Below, piece by piece: positions 1 to 12,331 of a stretch of 64,000 bases of DNA. A model generated the notes under the pieces. The model was given only the letters and a program-made list of their open reading frames with translations. It was not told where the DNA came from and did no database searches. The stretch comes from an uncultured bacterium (lineage in GTDB: Bacteria; Omnitrophota; Omnitrophia; Omnitrophales; Aquincolibacteriaceae). The position numbers were made by a program, and so were the translations under genes. The DNA lies in contig CAYSSX010000002.1 in assembly GCA_964434115.1 (NCBI GenBank), forward strand, positions 329,680-393,679. The letters are read 5' to 3'. Within the stretch, counting starts at the first letter, position 1, and each line of letters starts with the position of its first letter.

Positions 1-222
1 GCGCGGAAAAGCTCAGCCCCGAACCGGGCCATGTCGTAGCGGGCACAGGCCGTGGCAATCATTTCAATCGCACAGCAGGCGAGTCCAAACTGCATGGGCC
101 AAATAGAGGAACTCCGGCCCCAGTTGTAGAGTTCGTTCAGGGTGGTGAGAACAACCCCTTTTTTGGAGAGCTCGCTTTTCAAGCCCTCATCGATGCTTGA
201 GATGTTTGGGGCATGGGCCATG
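1..222 (-). CDS. nuoB: NADH-quinone oxidoreductase subunit B, N-terminal part; the gene continues beyond the window edge
   Basis: Reverse-complement translation from the ATG at 222 gives [68 protein letters not shown]. This is the conserved NuoB/PSST N-terminus including the CCxxE Fe-S motif. It lies 3 nt downstream of the nuoA stop, as in nuo operons. Confidence 0.8.
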
Positions 223-225
223 CGG

Positions 226-597
226 CTAGTCCCACTCCAGATTTTTTTTACGCCACTCGTAGGCGAGACCAAGAAAAAGAATGCCCATAAAGAGGCTCAT
301 GGCAATAAACCCGTGTAGTCCGGTTTCCTTAAATGAAACCGCCCATGGGTAAAGGAACACAGCTTCTACATCAAAGACCACGAAGATCAGCGCCAGAAGG
401 TAATACTGAACATGAAACTGGATCCAGGAATCTCCCTTGGACTCAAGGCCGCATTCATAGGGTACGTTTTTGATTTTCGAAGGCTTGTGCGGGGCGATTT
501 TCCGGGCAATGAGAACCGGCAAAAGCGCAAAAGCCAGCGCCATCAGGGTGAAGATCGAGATGAAGAGATAATTATAGAAATAAGATCCGATGCCCAA
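226..597 (-). CDS. nuoA: NADH-quinone oxidoreductase subunit A
   Basis: 123 aa with three predicted TM helices. It carries the conserved NuoA/ND3 motifs YECG and FDVE(A)VFLYPWA. It is followed directly by nuoB. Confidence 0.85.
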   Translation of the reverse strand: MGIGSYFYNYLFISIFTLMALAFALLPVLIARKIAPHKPSKIKNVPYECGLESKGDSWIQFHVQYYLLALIFVVFDVEAVFLYPWAVSFKETGLHGFIAMSLFMGILFLGLAYEWRKKNLEWD

Positions 598-695
598 GAC
601 AGAAATTCCTTAAAAAGGTTGGAGAAAACTGCTTTGATTATCGGCTTTGCGGAGGATTCTCTTGATCAAGCGCCAGGATTCCCGATAATAGCCGA

Positions 696-1664
696 ATGAA
701 CCCCAAAAATGTACTTCCCCCGCTGTTTTTGGAAAGGCTCCAGCGTATTTTTCCGCAGGAAGGTTACTCTGAGGTGCTGGCGGGCTTTGACAGCCCGAAA
801 CCGCCCGTCGTGCGTGTTCAAAAGCCTGATTTGTCCCTTCCGGAAATTTTGAAATCCCTGACCGAAGCCGCCATTCCCATAGAGCCTCTTAGTGAGCTTC
901 CATTTCCCGCTTTTTCTCTGAAAAAAGACGACCTGCGGCGGCTTCAGGAACAGCCTTTGTACCGTGATGGATGGCTTTATATTCAAGGGCTTTCCAGCAT
1001 GCTGGTGCCTTTGGCCCTTGACCCTCAGCCAGGAGAAAGAGTTTTGGATCTGACTGCGGCACCGGGAAGCAAGACAACTTTAATTGCGCTTCTTATGAAA
1101 AACCAAGGAGAGCTTGTTGCCAATGATCATAACCGGCCGCGATTCTTCAAAATGAAGGCGATTGTTGAGAAACAGGGGTTTTCGAACATCCGGATGACTT
1201 TGCTTGCGGGAGAGGCCTACGGCCGGCTGGAGCCGGAATCGTTTGACCGCGTGCTTGTGGATGCTCCCTGCTCAGGCGAGGCACGGTTTCTGGCTTTTGA
1301 CGCGGCCAGCCTTGGGTATTGGAAAATGATGAAGATCCGCGACCTTGCTAAAAAGCAAAAGCGTCTTTTTCTTTCGGGGTTCTCCGCGCTTAAGCCAGGC
1401 GGAGTCCTTGTGTATTCGACCTGTACGTTTGCCCCGGAAGAAAACGAAGGAGTGATTGCCGCATGCCTTAAAAAGCTGGAGGGGTGCGCTGAACTTGAGA
1501 ACTTCTCTCTCCCCAGGGTTCGCACCATGGACGGGCTTTTGAAATGGGACAAGGATGCGTTCCCCGGTTTTATGAACCGGTGTAAGCGTATTGTTCCGGA
1601 CGCATTAACCGAAGGTTTTTTTATCGCAAAAATCCGTAAAACAGCGGCGTGGCGCTGGGGTTGA
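696..1664 (+). CDS. RsmB/RsmF (NOL1/NOP2/Sun) family rRNA m5C methyltransferase
   Basis: 322 aa. SAM-binding motif VLDLTAAPGSKTT. Catalytic motifs DAPCSGEA (motif IV Cys) and YSTCT (motif VI Cys), typical of the RsmB/F family. Confidence 0.7.
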   Translation: MNPKNVLPPLFLERLQRIFPQEGYSEVLAGFDSPKPPVVRVQKPDLSLPEILKSLTEAAIPIEPLSELPFPAFSLKKDDLRRLQEQPLYRDGWLYIQGLSSMLVPLALDPQPGERVLDLTAAPGSKTTLIALLMKNQGELVANDHNRPRFFKMKAIVEKQGFSNIRMTLLAGEAYGRLEPESFDRVLVDAPCSGEARFLAFDAASLGYWKMMKIRDLAKKQKRLFLSGFSALKPGGVLVYSTCTFAPEENEGVIAACLKKLEGCAELENFSLPRVRTMDGLLKWDKDAFPGFMNRCKRIVPDALTEGFFIAKIRKTAAWRWG

Positions 1665-1671
1665 AGCACTG

Positions 1672-2121
1672 ATGTTGACGGAAAAAAATGAGTCAAAAGG
1701 TAAAAGGCGTGTGGATGTGGGCTGCGCCCTGATTGTGCGCGGAGAAGAGCTGCTAATCGCGCAGCGAAAACCGGGATCAAACCTTGCGGGCTATTGGGAA
1801 TTCCCCGGAGGGAAGCGCGAAAAAGACGAAAGTCTTGAAGAGTGTTTAGTGCGCGAAGTTTGGGAAGAGCTAGGGGTCTCGATCCGCCCAAGAAAGCTGA
1901 TCTGTCAGGAAGTTCACGAGATGCCGGACCGGTTTCTCGACTTGTATTTTTATGTTTGCGATTGGGTCAGCGGCAAACCCGTGAAAAAAGACTGCCATGA
2001 TTTCCGGTGGGTTCTCCCTGAAGAGCTTGTGAAATTTACTTTTCCTCCGGCGGACAACTCTTTGATCCGGGAACTAATCCAAAAAAAGAAATTTTATCTT
2101 GGCCGGAGTGTTTTCTTTTAA
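1672..2121 (+). CDS. NUDIX hydrolase (MutT/CTP pyrophosphohydrolase-like)
   Basis: 149 aa. Nudix box GYWEFPGGKREKDESLEECLVREVWEELGV, of the form GX5EX7REUXEEXGU. Confidence 0.7.
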   Translation: MLTEKNESKGKRRVDVGCALIVRGEELLIAQRKPGSNLAGYWEFPGGKREKDESLEECLVREVWEELGVSIRPRKLICQEVHEMPDRFLDLYFYVCDWVSGKPVKKDCHDFRWVLPEELVKFTFPPADNSLIRELIQKKKFYLGRSVFF

Positions 2122-2158
2122 ACGCGGTATAAAAGTTCGGAGAGAGGCGGCAGAAGGA

Positions 2159-2875
2159 CTAATCGTATTTTTCGAAGAAAATCTGTTCCTTAGAAAAACC
2201 CATTTCAAGGGCCGTGGATTCGACCTCTTTAATCATGTTCGAGAGACCGCAGATGAAGATGCTTGTTTCTTTGTTCGCCGGGATATGTTTTTTGAGAAGG
2301 TGTTGAACGTATTCGGTTTCACCCTGCCAGGTTTTCGGGCGGGAAACCGTAAAAATATTTTTCAGGTTAGGGTGTTTTTTCGCAAGATCCTCAAATTCTT
2401 CCTTATAAAGGACATCCTCTTCAAAGCGGTTTCCGAAAATATTCCAGATGTCGACTTTTTCTCCTTTGGAGAGAAGGTCGTGAATCATGGAACGGAAAGG
2501 TGCGATGCCGGTTCCCGTAGAAACATAGACGATGGTTTTTGGAAGGGGCTGTTTTAGGGTGAAGCGGCCGAGAGGCCCCTGAATTTCGAGTTTGTCACCC
2601 TGTTTGAGAGTCCAAAGAAAATTGGTGGCAAAGCCGCCGGCAACCCGCTTCCAGCAAAGGTCAAGACGTCCTTGGGAGGCCCATCCGGGAGGGGAAGCGA
2701 TGGAATAAGAGCGCTTCACCACTTTTTCCGGAGTCTTGATCAGGATATTGAGGAACTGCCCGGCCTCAAAATCAAAATGGACTCCCGGGGGAAATGACAG
2801 GCGGAATTGCCGCGTGTCCTGAATCCCCATGTCCTGGATCTCTTCGATAGTGGTGGTAAAGATTCCCGCTCTCAT
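2159..2875 (-). CDS. Ferredoxin-NADP reductase-like FAD/NAD(P)-binding oxidoreductase
   Basis: 238 aa. FAD-binding motif RSYSIASPP (RxYS). NAD(P)-binding motif GTGIAPFRSM. The layout is typical of the FNR family. Confidence 0.6.
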   Translation of the reverse strand: MRAGIFTTTIEEIQDMGIQDTRQFRLSFPPGVHFDFEAGQFLNILIKTPEKVVKRSYSIASPPGWASQGRLDLCWKRVAGGFATNFLWTLKQGDKLEIQGPLGRFTLKQPLPKTIVYVSTGTGIAPFRSMIHDLLSKGEKVDIWNIFGNRFEEDVLYKEEFEDLAKKHPNLKNIFTVSRPKTWQGETEYVQHLLKKHIPANKETSIFICGLSNMIKEVESTALEMGFSKEQIFFEKYD

Positions 2876-2942
2876 ATTCGTTATATAAGGTACAGATTAT
2901 AGTTAAAACAAAGTGAAAGCCAAGGTAAAAGACGCCTGAGGC

Positions 2943-4757
2943 TTGGAGCGATGGATTTTCATGCCCAATATGCCGCACAAATCTGAGAAGGCTTCTTTCC
3001 GGCTTTCTCTCCGTTACAAGGTTGCACTTCCGGTTTTGATTCTTGTGACCTTGATGCTGTTCACGCTTTTTCAAGGCACCTTCCGTTTTGTCCGCGACCT
3101 CGTTCTTGAGCGCAATGAACGGCGTCTTATGTCGATTACCGAAGTCTTTAAGGAGTCGCTCAAGGTTCCGCTGATTCTAAGCAATCAACAAGTTCTTGAA
3201 GCCACGCTCCAATGGATGTCGGACCGGCCGGATGTCATTGAAGTTCGTGTTGAAAATGAACACGGCAATGTGATTGGGAGCACAAATCCGGAGCAGCTCA
3301 AACTGCCCAACCCCCTGGCCATGAAATCCTTTCTGGGTGCCCAGCGTATTTCTTTGGATCGTTACGGCGCCGCGGTCCGGATTGAGGTCGGGGAAAAGCA
3401 GCTCGGGCGTCTTGTGATTGTTTTTTCCCAGATGAGCCTTGAAGAGGAGCTGCGGCAGATTTTTATAAGGAAAATGCTGCTCGCGTTTTCCATGGGAACA
3501 TTTCTCGCCCTTATGACGGCAGGCGTTGTGTGGGTTGCCCTGCGGCCGTTATTCCGCTTGAAACGCACCGTGCAGCAGATTTTGGCCGGAAACCTTGAGG
3601 CCCGCGCGGACATTCACTCCTTTGACGAAATCCAGGACCTTGCCGAGGCCTTTAATGAGATGGTGTCTCGGCTTTCAAGAAGCCTTGAGAATCTGAAAGC
3701 GCGGACGCAGGCCTTGGAAGAGTCCGAAGAAAAATACCGTCTGATCGTTGATCATGCCAGCGACACTATCTTTGCAATGACGCCGGAAGGGGAAATGGTT
3801 TTTTTGAACGAGGGGTTTTCCGGGTGCTCGCGCGAAGAAATTCTGGACGGAGGGCTTCAGCTTTTCCGGGAGCTTCATGATCCGTCCACGGTTCAAAAAT
3901 TTGACGACGCACTCAAGGCTGTGCAGGAGACCAAAGCGTCAGTGATTAATATCGCGACAAGCCACATTCACCGGGGGCTGAACAGCGAGATTTTCTACCT
4001 GACGAATTTCACGCCTCTTCTGGATCACGAGGGCGAGGTCAAATTGATTCAGGGAGTCATGCGTGATGTCACAGAACTGAGGCGTATTGAGCTTATGAAG
4101 GAATCCCTGATCCGTGACGTGGCGCATGAGTTAAAAACGCCCACCGCGAAGTTTGAAATGGCGGTCCACTGGTTTGAAAAGGAACTGGCCGTTAATCCAG
4201 AACTGAAAAAATACGAAGCCATTATCGATCTCCTCAAAGGGAATACCGACCGCCTTATGAGGACGATTACGAGCATCATGGATCTTTCCAAGCTTGAATC
4301 AGGAATGCTGGAAATTGTGAAGGAAGACATTGATTTGAACCAGCTTCTTGGCCAGGTTGTTCAGGATCTTGAGCCCATAAGCCGCAAAAAAGGCCTTTCG
4401 CTCCTGACAGACCTTTCGCCGGAATCGCTGATGATTTCAGGGGATCGTGATATGATTTACCGCCTTTTCGTGAACCTTATCAATAACGCTGTTAAATACA
4501 CCCCCAAAGGCACTATTACGGTTGCAAGCTACAAAAAAGACGGTCATGTTTTTGCGCATGTTAAGGATACTGGAATCGGGATTGAAGAGCTTGATTTGAA
4601 AAGCATTTTCGACCGGTTTGTCCAGAAAACAGCATCTTCGGAAGGCATTGGCGTAGGGCTGACGATCTGCCGCGATATCGCGGTGCTTCATAAGGCAAAA
4701 ATCTGGGCGGAGAGCGAAGGGCTTGGCAAAGGCGCTACCTTCAAGGTAAAATTCTAG
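2943..4757 (+). CDS. Sensor histidine kinase (TM - HAMP - PAS - HisKA - HATPase_c)
   Basis: 604 aa. N-terminal TM segment, HAMP-like IQDLAEAFNEMVSRLSRSL, H-box VAHELKTPTA, N-box LINNAVKYT, G-boxes DTGIGI and GVGLTIC. The true start may be at the internal Met at 2961. Confidence 0.8.
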   Translation: MERWIFMPNMPHKSEKASFRLSLRYKVALPVLILVTLMLFTLFQGTFRFVRDLVLERNERRLMSITEVFKESLKVPLILSNQQVLEATLQWMSDRPDVIEVRVENEHGNVIGSTNPEQLKLPNPLAMKSFLGAQRISLDRYGAAVRIEVGEKQLGRLVIVFSQMSLEEELRQIFIRKMLLAFSMGTFLALMTAGVVWVALRPLFRLKRTVQQILAGNLEARADIHSFDEIQDLAEAFNEMVSRLSRSLENLKARTQALEESEEKYRLIVDHASDTIFAMTPEGEMVFLNEGFSGCSREEILDGGLQLFRELHDPSTVQKFDDALKAVQETKASVINIATSHIHRGLNSEIFYLTNFTPLLDHEGEVKLIQGVMRDVTELRRIELMKESLIRDVAHELKTPTAKFEMAVHWFEKELAVNPELKKYEAIIDLLKGNTDRLMRTITSIMDLSKLESGMLEIVKEDIDLNQLLGQVVQDLEPISRKKGLSLLTDLSPESLMISGDRDMIYRLFVNLINNAVKYTPKGTITVASYKKDGHVFAHVKDTGIGIEELDLKSIFDRFVQKTASSEGIGVGLTICRDIAVLHKAKIWAESEGLGKGATFKVKF

Positions 4758-4778
4758 AAACCCGATGGCGAGAAGAAA

Positions 4779-5153
4779 ATGAGTTCTAAAAAAATCATGA
4801 TCGTCGAGGATGACGAAGACCTGCATACCCTTTATGGGTTGTACCTTCAGGGGCAGGACTATGAGATTCTCCGGGCCTTTAATGGTGCCGAGGCCTTCAA
4901 AATTCTGGAGACCCAGCGGCCGGACCTGATTATTCTCGACATGATTATGCCGGTCATGGACGGCGAAGAGTTTTTTATGAAACTCCGCACGGAAAAGAAA
5001 ATCACCGATATCCCGGTCATTATCGCCAGCGTGAACGATAAAATCGCGCCCAAACTTCTCAATCTCGGCAACATCCACAAAATCCTCAAGAAACCCTTCA
5101 GCATAGAAGTTCTTCTCAGAGAAATTGAAGCCGGACTTGCTGCCCGCAAGTGA
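4779..5153 (+). CDS. Single-domain response regulator (CheY-like receiver)
   Basis: 124 aa. MIVEDDEDL (acidic pocket), ILDMIMPVMDG (phospho-acceptor Asp), and a KKPF lysine. No output domain. Confidence 0.8.
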   Translation: MSSKKIMIVEDDEDLHTLYGLYLQGQDYEILRAFNGAEAFKILETQRPDLIILDMIMPVMDGEEFFMKLRTEKKITDIPVIIASVNDKIAPKLLNLGNIHKILKKPFSIEVLLREIEAGLAARK

Positions 5154-5297
5154 AGATCGGGGGCTGCCTCAAGGTTTTTCGGCGGCTCGCTCTTGGCCTT
5201 AAAAAATCAACGGTATTGACCGGGCGGCAATTGCCCGTAAGATTGTCTGTATCTGCCTAAATTTTAAGCTGTCGAATGCCAGGGAAAACGAGAGTTT

Positions 5298-5990
5298 ATG
5301 TCCAAAGAATCCATTCTTCTGATTGAGGATGAAAAAAACATTTTGGAACTATTGATTTACACCTTTGAAAAAGAGGGGTTCCGTGTGTATTCCGCCGCGA
5401 AGGGTGACGACGGACTTGAAAAAGCACGCAAACACCAGCCCTCTATTATTCTGCTCGATCTGATGCTCCCCGGAATGGACGGACTGGATGTTTGCAAAGC
5501 CCTGAGGCAGAATTCTGCAACTGCCGTAATTCCAGTGATTATGCTGACCGCCCGCGGGGAAGAGGTTGATAAAATCCTTGGGCTTGAATTGGGCGCGGAT
5601 GACTATGTTACAAAGCCTTTTAGCCCGAGGGAATTAACCGCGCGTGTCAAAGCCGTGCTCCGCCGCAGGCAAAGCGCCGCTCCTCAAGCGGTTTTGCGGA
5701 CAGGCACTCTTGAACTTCAGACCGAAAAGCACAGGGTCAACCTCAAAGGAAAGCCGCTTGAACTTACGTCCAAGGAATTCGGACTGCTTAAGATTCTGAT
5801 GGAATCAGAAGGGCGCGTGCTTTCGCGTGAGCTGCTTCTTGAAAAAGTCTGGGGCCTCGACCGTGCCATGAATATTGAGACCCGGACCGTGGACATGCAT
5901 GTGGGACAGCTCAGAAAAAAAATAAAGCATGAAGCCCACAGGATTGTGACTGTGAAAAATGCGGGGTATCGCTTCGAAAATGAGGATTAA
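5298..5990 (+). CDS. phoB: OmpR/PhoB-family response regulator (receiver plus winged-helix DNA-binding domain)
   Basis: 230 aa. Receiver LLIEDEKN...LLDLMLPGMDG...KPF. C-terminal winged-helix with LTSKEFGLLKILMES...TVDMHVGQLRKKI. Followed by PhoR-like kinase and phoU genes. Confidence 0.75.
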   Translation: MSKESILLIEDEKNILELLIYTFEKEGFRVYSAAKGDDGLEKARKHQPSIILLDLMLPGMDGLDVCKALRQNSATAVIPVIMLTARGEEVDKILGLELGADDYVTKPFSPRELTARVKAVLRRRQSAAPQAVLRTGTLELQTEKHRVNLKGKPLELTSKEFGLLKILMESEGRVLSRELLLEKVWGLDRAMNIETRTVDMHVGQLRKKIKHEAHRIVTVKNAGYRFENED

Positions 5991-7791
5991 CCGCAAAAGT
6001 TCTTTTCATCATCGCTTTGCCTTTCGGCTTGCTGTTTCCTACGGAGCCGTATTTACCCTCGTTTTTGTAGCTTCGGGATTCTACCTCACCCGGTACTTTG
6101 AAACCCAGACGCTTGAGCGCCTGAAAGACTCTTTGCTTTCGCAGGCACGTTTATTGACCCATGTGATCACCCCGGAGCGTGTTGAGGCCGGCAGCGGACC
6201 CGAGATTCAAAAAATTTCTGTCCAGATCGCGGATGGTGTGCCCGCCCGGATGACGGTGGTGAACGCTGCGGGTCAAGTCCTCGGGGATTCCAAAAGTTCT
6301 GAGGTCAGCCTTGAAGATAGAGAGAATTTGAGCAGCCGGCCTGAAATCAATAAAGCACTTTCCGGAATTTCTTATTCCAATATTGCCTACAGCAAAATTC
6401 TTGGCGCAGACATCCTTTATGCCGCGGTGCCTCTAGAAGTGGACGGAAAAGTGACGGGGGCCTTACGCCTTGCCCTGCCTCTTAAGGATGTTCAAGCGGC
6501 CTTGAAGGGAGTCCGGCAGCCTGTTTTGATTGCCGCTGCTGTAGGCATCGGGTTTGTGTTTGTTCTTGGGTTTTGGCTGGGGCGCCAGATGTCGCGCCGG
6601 ATTTCGCTTATGACCCAAGCCGCTGCGCGTTATGCCCGGGGAGATTTGAGCGACAAGATTTTCATCGATGGGCGTGACGAACTGAAGACGCTGGCGGATT
6701 CCATGAACAAAATGGCGCAGTCTTTAAAAAACCGCATGGCAGAATTTGAGGCGGAACAAACAAAGCTCAACGCGATTCTTGGTCATATGGCCGAAGGGGT
6801 TGTTGCCGTGGATTCCAGCCGGGAAGTTTTAATCCTGAATCCCTCGGCGGAGAAGATTTTCGAAACCGAACCTGGGGAAGCGCTTGGGAAAAGCCTTTTG
6901 AACCTGACGAAAAAAACCCAGATCGAAGAGCTGATGACAAAGGCCATTCGTGAGCACTCAAGCCTCACGCAGGAAATTGAAATCACCCAAAACGGAGGGC
7001 CTAGAATTCTTTTGGCCAATGCCATGGGGACAGGTGAGCGCACGGGACCTGTTGCCGGATTGCTGGTGCTTTTCGATATGACGAAAATCCGGCGCTTGGA
7101 AAACCTCCGCCGTGAATTTGTAGCCAATGTGTCCCATGAACTGAAAACCCCGCTGACTTCAATCCGCGGTTTTATTGAGACGCTTTTGTCCGGGGCTCTT
7201 GAGGATCCCAAAGTCAGCGAGAGGTTTCTGCGAATGATGGAAGAGGATGCGAAACGGTTGGAAAGACTCATTCAGGACCTGCTTGAAATTTCCCGTCTTG
7301 AAGATAGGCAGGCAGCGCTCAAATTTCAGCGCGTCGATCTTGCCGAAGAGGCCGGGCGGGTGCTTGCGCGGCTCGAACGGCAGGTAAATGAAAAGGAGCT
7401 TCGGGTGGAAAACCTTCTTCGGCCAGGGACGCTTCCTGTTGTTTCCGCGGACCGCGACAAAATCCAGCAGGTCTTTCTTAACCTTTTGGATAATGCCATT
7501 AAGTTTAATAAGCCGGGCGGGCGGATCATTCTGCGGGCCTCGGCGGCTGAGGCGCAGGTCCGGGTAAGCGTTGAAGATGAAGGGATAGGGATTCCGGCCA
7601 ATGCGATCGACCGGATTTTTGAGCGGTTTTTCCGGGTGGACAAGGCGCGGTCAAGAGATCTTGGAGGGACGGGGCTCGGATTGTCGATTGTAAAACATAT
7701 TCTGGAAGCTCATGGCGGCGACATTGCTTGCGAAAGTGAATTTGGCAAAGGGGCGAAATTCTCTTTTTCTCTTCCGGTCCACGGGGCTTAA
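5980..7791 (+). CDS. phoR: Phosphate-regulon-type sensor histidine kinase
   Basis: The ORF track starts at 5959, overlapping the phoB stop; the start is chosen at the internal Met (MRINRKS). Two TM segments, HAMP, PAS (ILGHMAEGVVAVD), H-box VSHELKTPLTSI, N-box LLDNAIKFN, G-boxes DEGIGI and GGTGLGLSIV. Confidence 0.7.
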   Translation: MRINRKSSFHHRFAFRLAVSYGAVFTLVFVASGFYLTRYFETQTLERLKDSLLSQARLLTHVITPERVEAGSGPEIQKISVQIADGVPARMTVVNAAGQVLGDSKSSEVSLEDRENLSSRPEINKALSGISYSNIAYSKILGADILYAAVPLEVDGKVTGALRLALPLKDVQAALKGVRQPVLIAAAVGIGFVFVLGFWLGRQMSRRISLMTQAAARYARGDLSDKIFIDGRDELKTLADSMNKMAQSLKNRMAEFEAEQTKLNAILGHMAEGVVAVDSSREVLILNPSAEKIFETEPGEALGKSLLNLTKKTQIEELMTKAIREHSSLTQEIEITQNGGPRILLANAMGTGERTGPVAGLLVLFDMTKIRRLENLRREFVANVSHELKTPLTSIRGFIETLLSGALEDPKVSERFLRMMEEDAKRLERLIQDLLEISRLEDRQAALKFQRVDLAEEAGRVLARLERQVNEKELRVENLLRPGTLPVVSADRDKIQQVFLNLLDNAIKFNKPGGRIILRASAAEAQVRVSVEDEGIGIPANAIDRIFERFFRVDKARSRDLGGTGLGLSIVKHILEAHGGDIACESEFGKGAKFSFSLPVHGA

Positions 7792-7860
7792 CGTTTCAGA
7801 AGTTGAGAGAGCCATCAAAATCTGTTAATCTTATTTTTTAGCATGAGACAGGGGTGATTT

Positions 7861-8538
7861 TTGAAGCGTCATTTTGATGATGAGTTGAAGAAAATGAAAG
7901 AGAAGGTTTACCGCATGGGCCTTCTCGTGCTTGAAGCGATTAAAAATTCGACGGACGCACTTTTTGAGCGCGACTCACAAAAGGCTATGGAAGTTATTAA
8001 GCATGATCAGGAAATCAATCTTCAGGAAATTGAGATTGATGAAATGGGCCACGAGTTGATCGCACTCTACCAGCCAACGGCTTCCGACCTCCGCCTTATT
8101 ACCATGGTGCTTAAAATTACCAACGACCTTGAGAGGATGGGAGATCAGGCTGTCAACATTGCCGAGAAGGCGATGGTTCTTAATCAGGAACCCCCGGTTA
8201 AACCTTTCCACGATCTTCCCAAAGTAACTGAAACCGCGATTAAAATGGTCCGGGATGCGCTCGACGCTTTCATGGAAAATGACGCGGCCAAGGCCAAGAC
8301 GATTCTGGAAGCGGACGACATCGTAGACCGCTCGAATGATCAGATTTACGAAGAGGTCCAGGGGGTCATGGAAAAAAATCCTGGAAACATTCGTGCGGGT
8401 GTCAGCCTCATCATGATCTCTCATAATCTGGAGCGCGTGGGTGACCTTGCCACGAATATTGCGGAAGATGTCATTTACGTGAACCGGGGGGTGGACGTCC
8501 GCCATCATATCCGCGAGCGCCGGGAGGAAAAGAGTTAG
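7861..8538 (+). CDS. phoU: Phosphate signalling complex protein PhoU
   Basis: 225 aa. Two PhoU repeats with conserved E..N..ERMGDQAVNIAE and HNLERVGDLATNIAE motifs. Confidence 0.85.
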   Translation: MKRHFDDELKKMKEKVYRMGLLVLEAIKNSTDALFERDSQKAMEVIKHDQEINLQEIEIDEMGHELIALYQPTASDLRLITMVLKITNDLERMGDQAVNIAEKAMVLNQEPPVKPFHDLPKVTETAIKMVRDALDAFMENDAAKAKTILEADDIVDRSNDQIYEEVQGVMEKNPGNIRAGVSLIMISHNLERVGDLATNIAEDVIYVNRGVDVRHHIRERREEKS

Positions 8539-8885
8539 CCTTTCCTCCTCCTCTGAAAACTCTCCCGGGACTTCTATCCGGTTTGTTGCCAAATCTTCAA
8601 GTTGTTTCCACTCAATAAGTTACATCCCAATTCCTAGACAAAAACCCAGGTCTCATGTATCATATCGCACCTCAAGACGCTCCCCAAGTGCGGCACAGGC
8701 TGTTCTGCAAGACTCATTGGGGGTCATTCGCGGGGTTCTCTTTAAAGCATGGCCGGGCTTGATTTCTCTTTCCCTCGCAAAAACTGAAGATTATCAAACG
8801 TCCGGCTTCATGGCCTGCTGCAAGTCAGACGGGGAGAGCGTCTTATCTCTTTGCTCAGCGTTTCGTGATGTCCTTACAATCTTGA

Positions 8886-11226
<2,341 letters not shown>

Positions 11227-11230
<4 letters not shown>

Positions 11231-12312
11231 TCGAAAGACGCAAAACCCGGCAGGTGAACATCGGCGGCGTGACTCTGGGCGGCGACGCTCCGATCCGCAT
11301 TCAGTCGATGTGCACTACCCATACGCGCGATGTTGAGGCGACGGTGGATCAGATTCAGCAGCTCGCGGAAGCCGGATGCGAGCTTGTGCGCGTGGCTTGC
11401 CCCACCGAGGAAGACGCCCGCTCTCTTGGAAAAATCAGAAGCCGCATCAAAATTCCGCTGATCGCGGACATTCATTTTAACCAGCGCTTCGCTCTCATTG
11501 CGCTGGATGAGGGTGTCGACAAGCTCCGTCTCAACCCGGGCAATATCGGTAAGAAAGAGCGCACGGTCGAGATCGTTAAGAAGGCCAAAGAGCGTAAAGT
11601 TCCGATTCGGATTGGCGTCAACGGCGGGTCTTTGGAAAAAGACCTGATGGAAAAATACGGCCCGACTCCTGAAGCGCTTGTGGAAAGCGCCCGCCGGCAT
11701 GTTCAGATCCTTGAAGAGCTGGATTTTCATGACATTATTCTTTCGCTTAAAGCCTCGGACGTCCCCAACATGGTGGCTTCTTACCGTCTCGCGAGTAAAA
11801 CGTTTCCTTACCCCCTGCATCTTGGTGTGACCGAAGCGGGTTCGCTTCTCCGCGGAAGCATCTACAACTCCATCGGAATTGCCACACTCCTTCAGGAAGG
11901 CATCGGCGATACGATGCGCGTTTCTCTCACGGCGGAATCCGTTGAAGAAATTAAGGTCGCGAAAATGATTCTGGAAGCTCTGAACTTGCGTAAAGGTGTT
12001 CGTGTGATTTCCTGCCCGAGCTGCGGCCGCGCGGAAGTGGATGTCTTCAAACTCGCGGGCGAAGTTGAAAACCGCGCCATGAAACTTAAAGATCCGCTTA
12101 CGATTTCCGTGCTGGGCTGTGTGGTGAACGGACCGGGGGAAGCCCATGAGTCGGATTTTGGTATTACAGGCGGTAAAGACAAAGGCATGATCTACCTCAA
12201 CGGGAAACAGCATCGTGTTGTGGATGAGCACGCCTTGGTCGATGAACTTTTTAAAGAAATCGAGAACAGCAAGAAAACCGCTTCAGCGGAAACGACCCCT
12301 CACAACCCTTGA
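11227..12312 (+). CDS. ispG: 4-hydroxy-3-methylbut-2-en-1-yl diphosphate synthase (IspG/GcpE)
   Basis: 361 aa. N-terminal [31 protein letters not shown]. C-terminal Fe-S motif ISCPSCGR...GCVVNGPGE. Confidence 0.9.
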
Positions 12313-12331
12313 TTTGAGAAAGGGCATCCTG

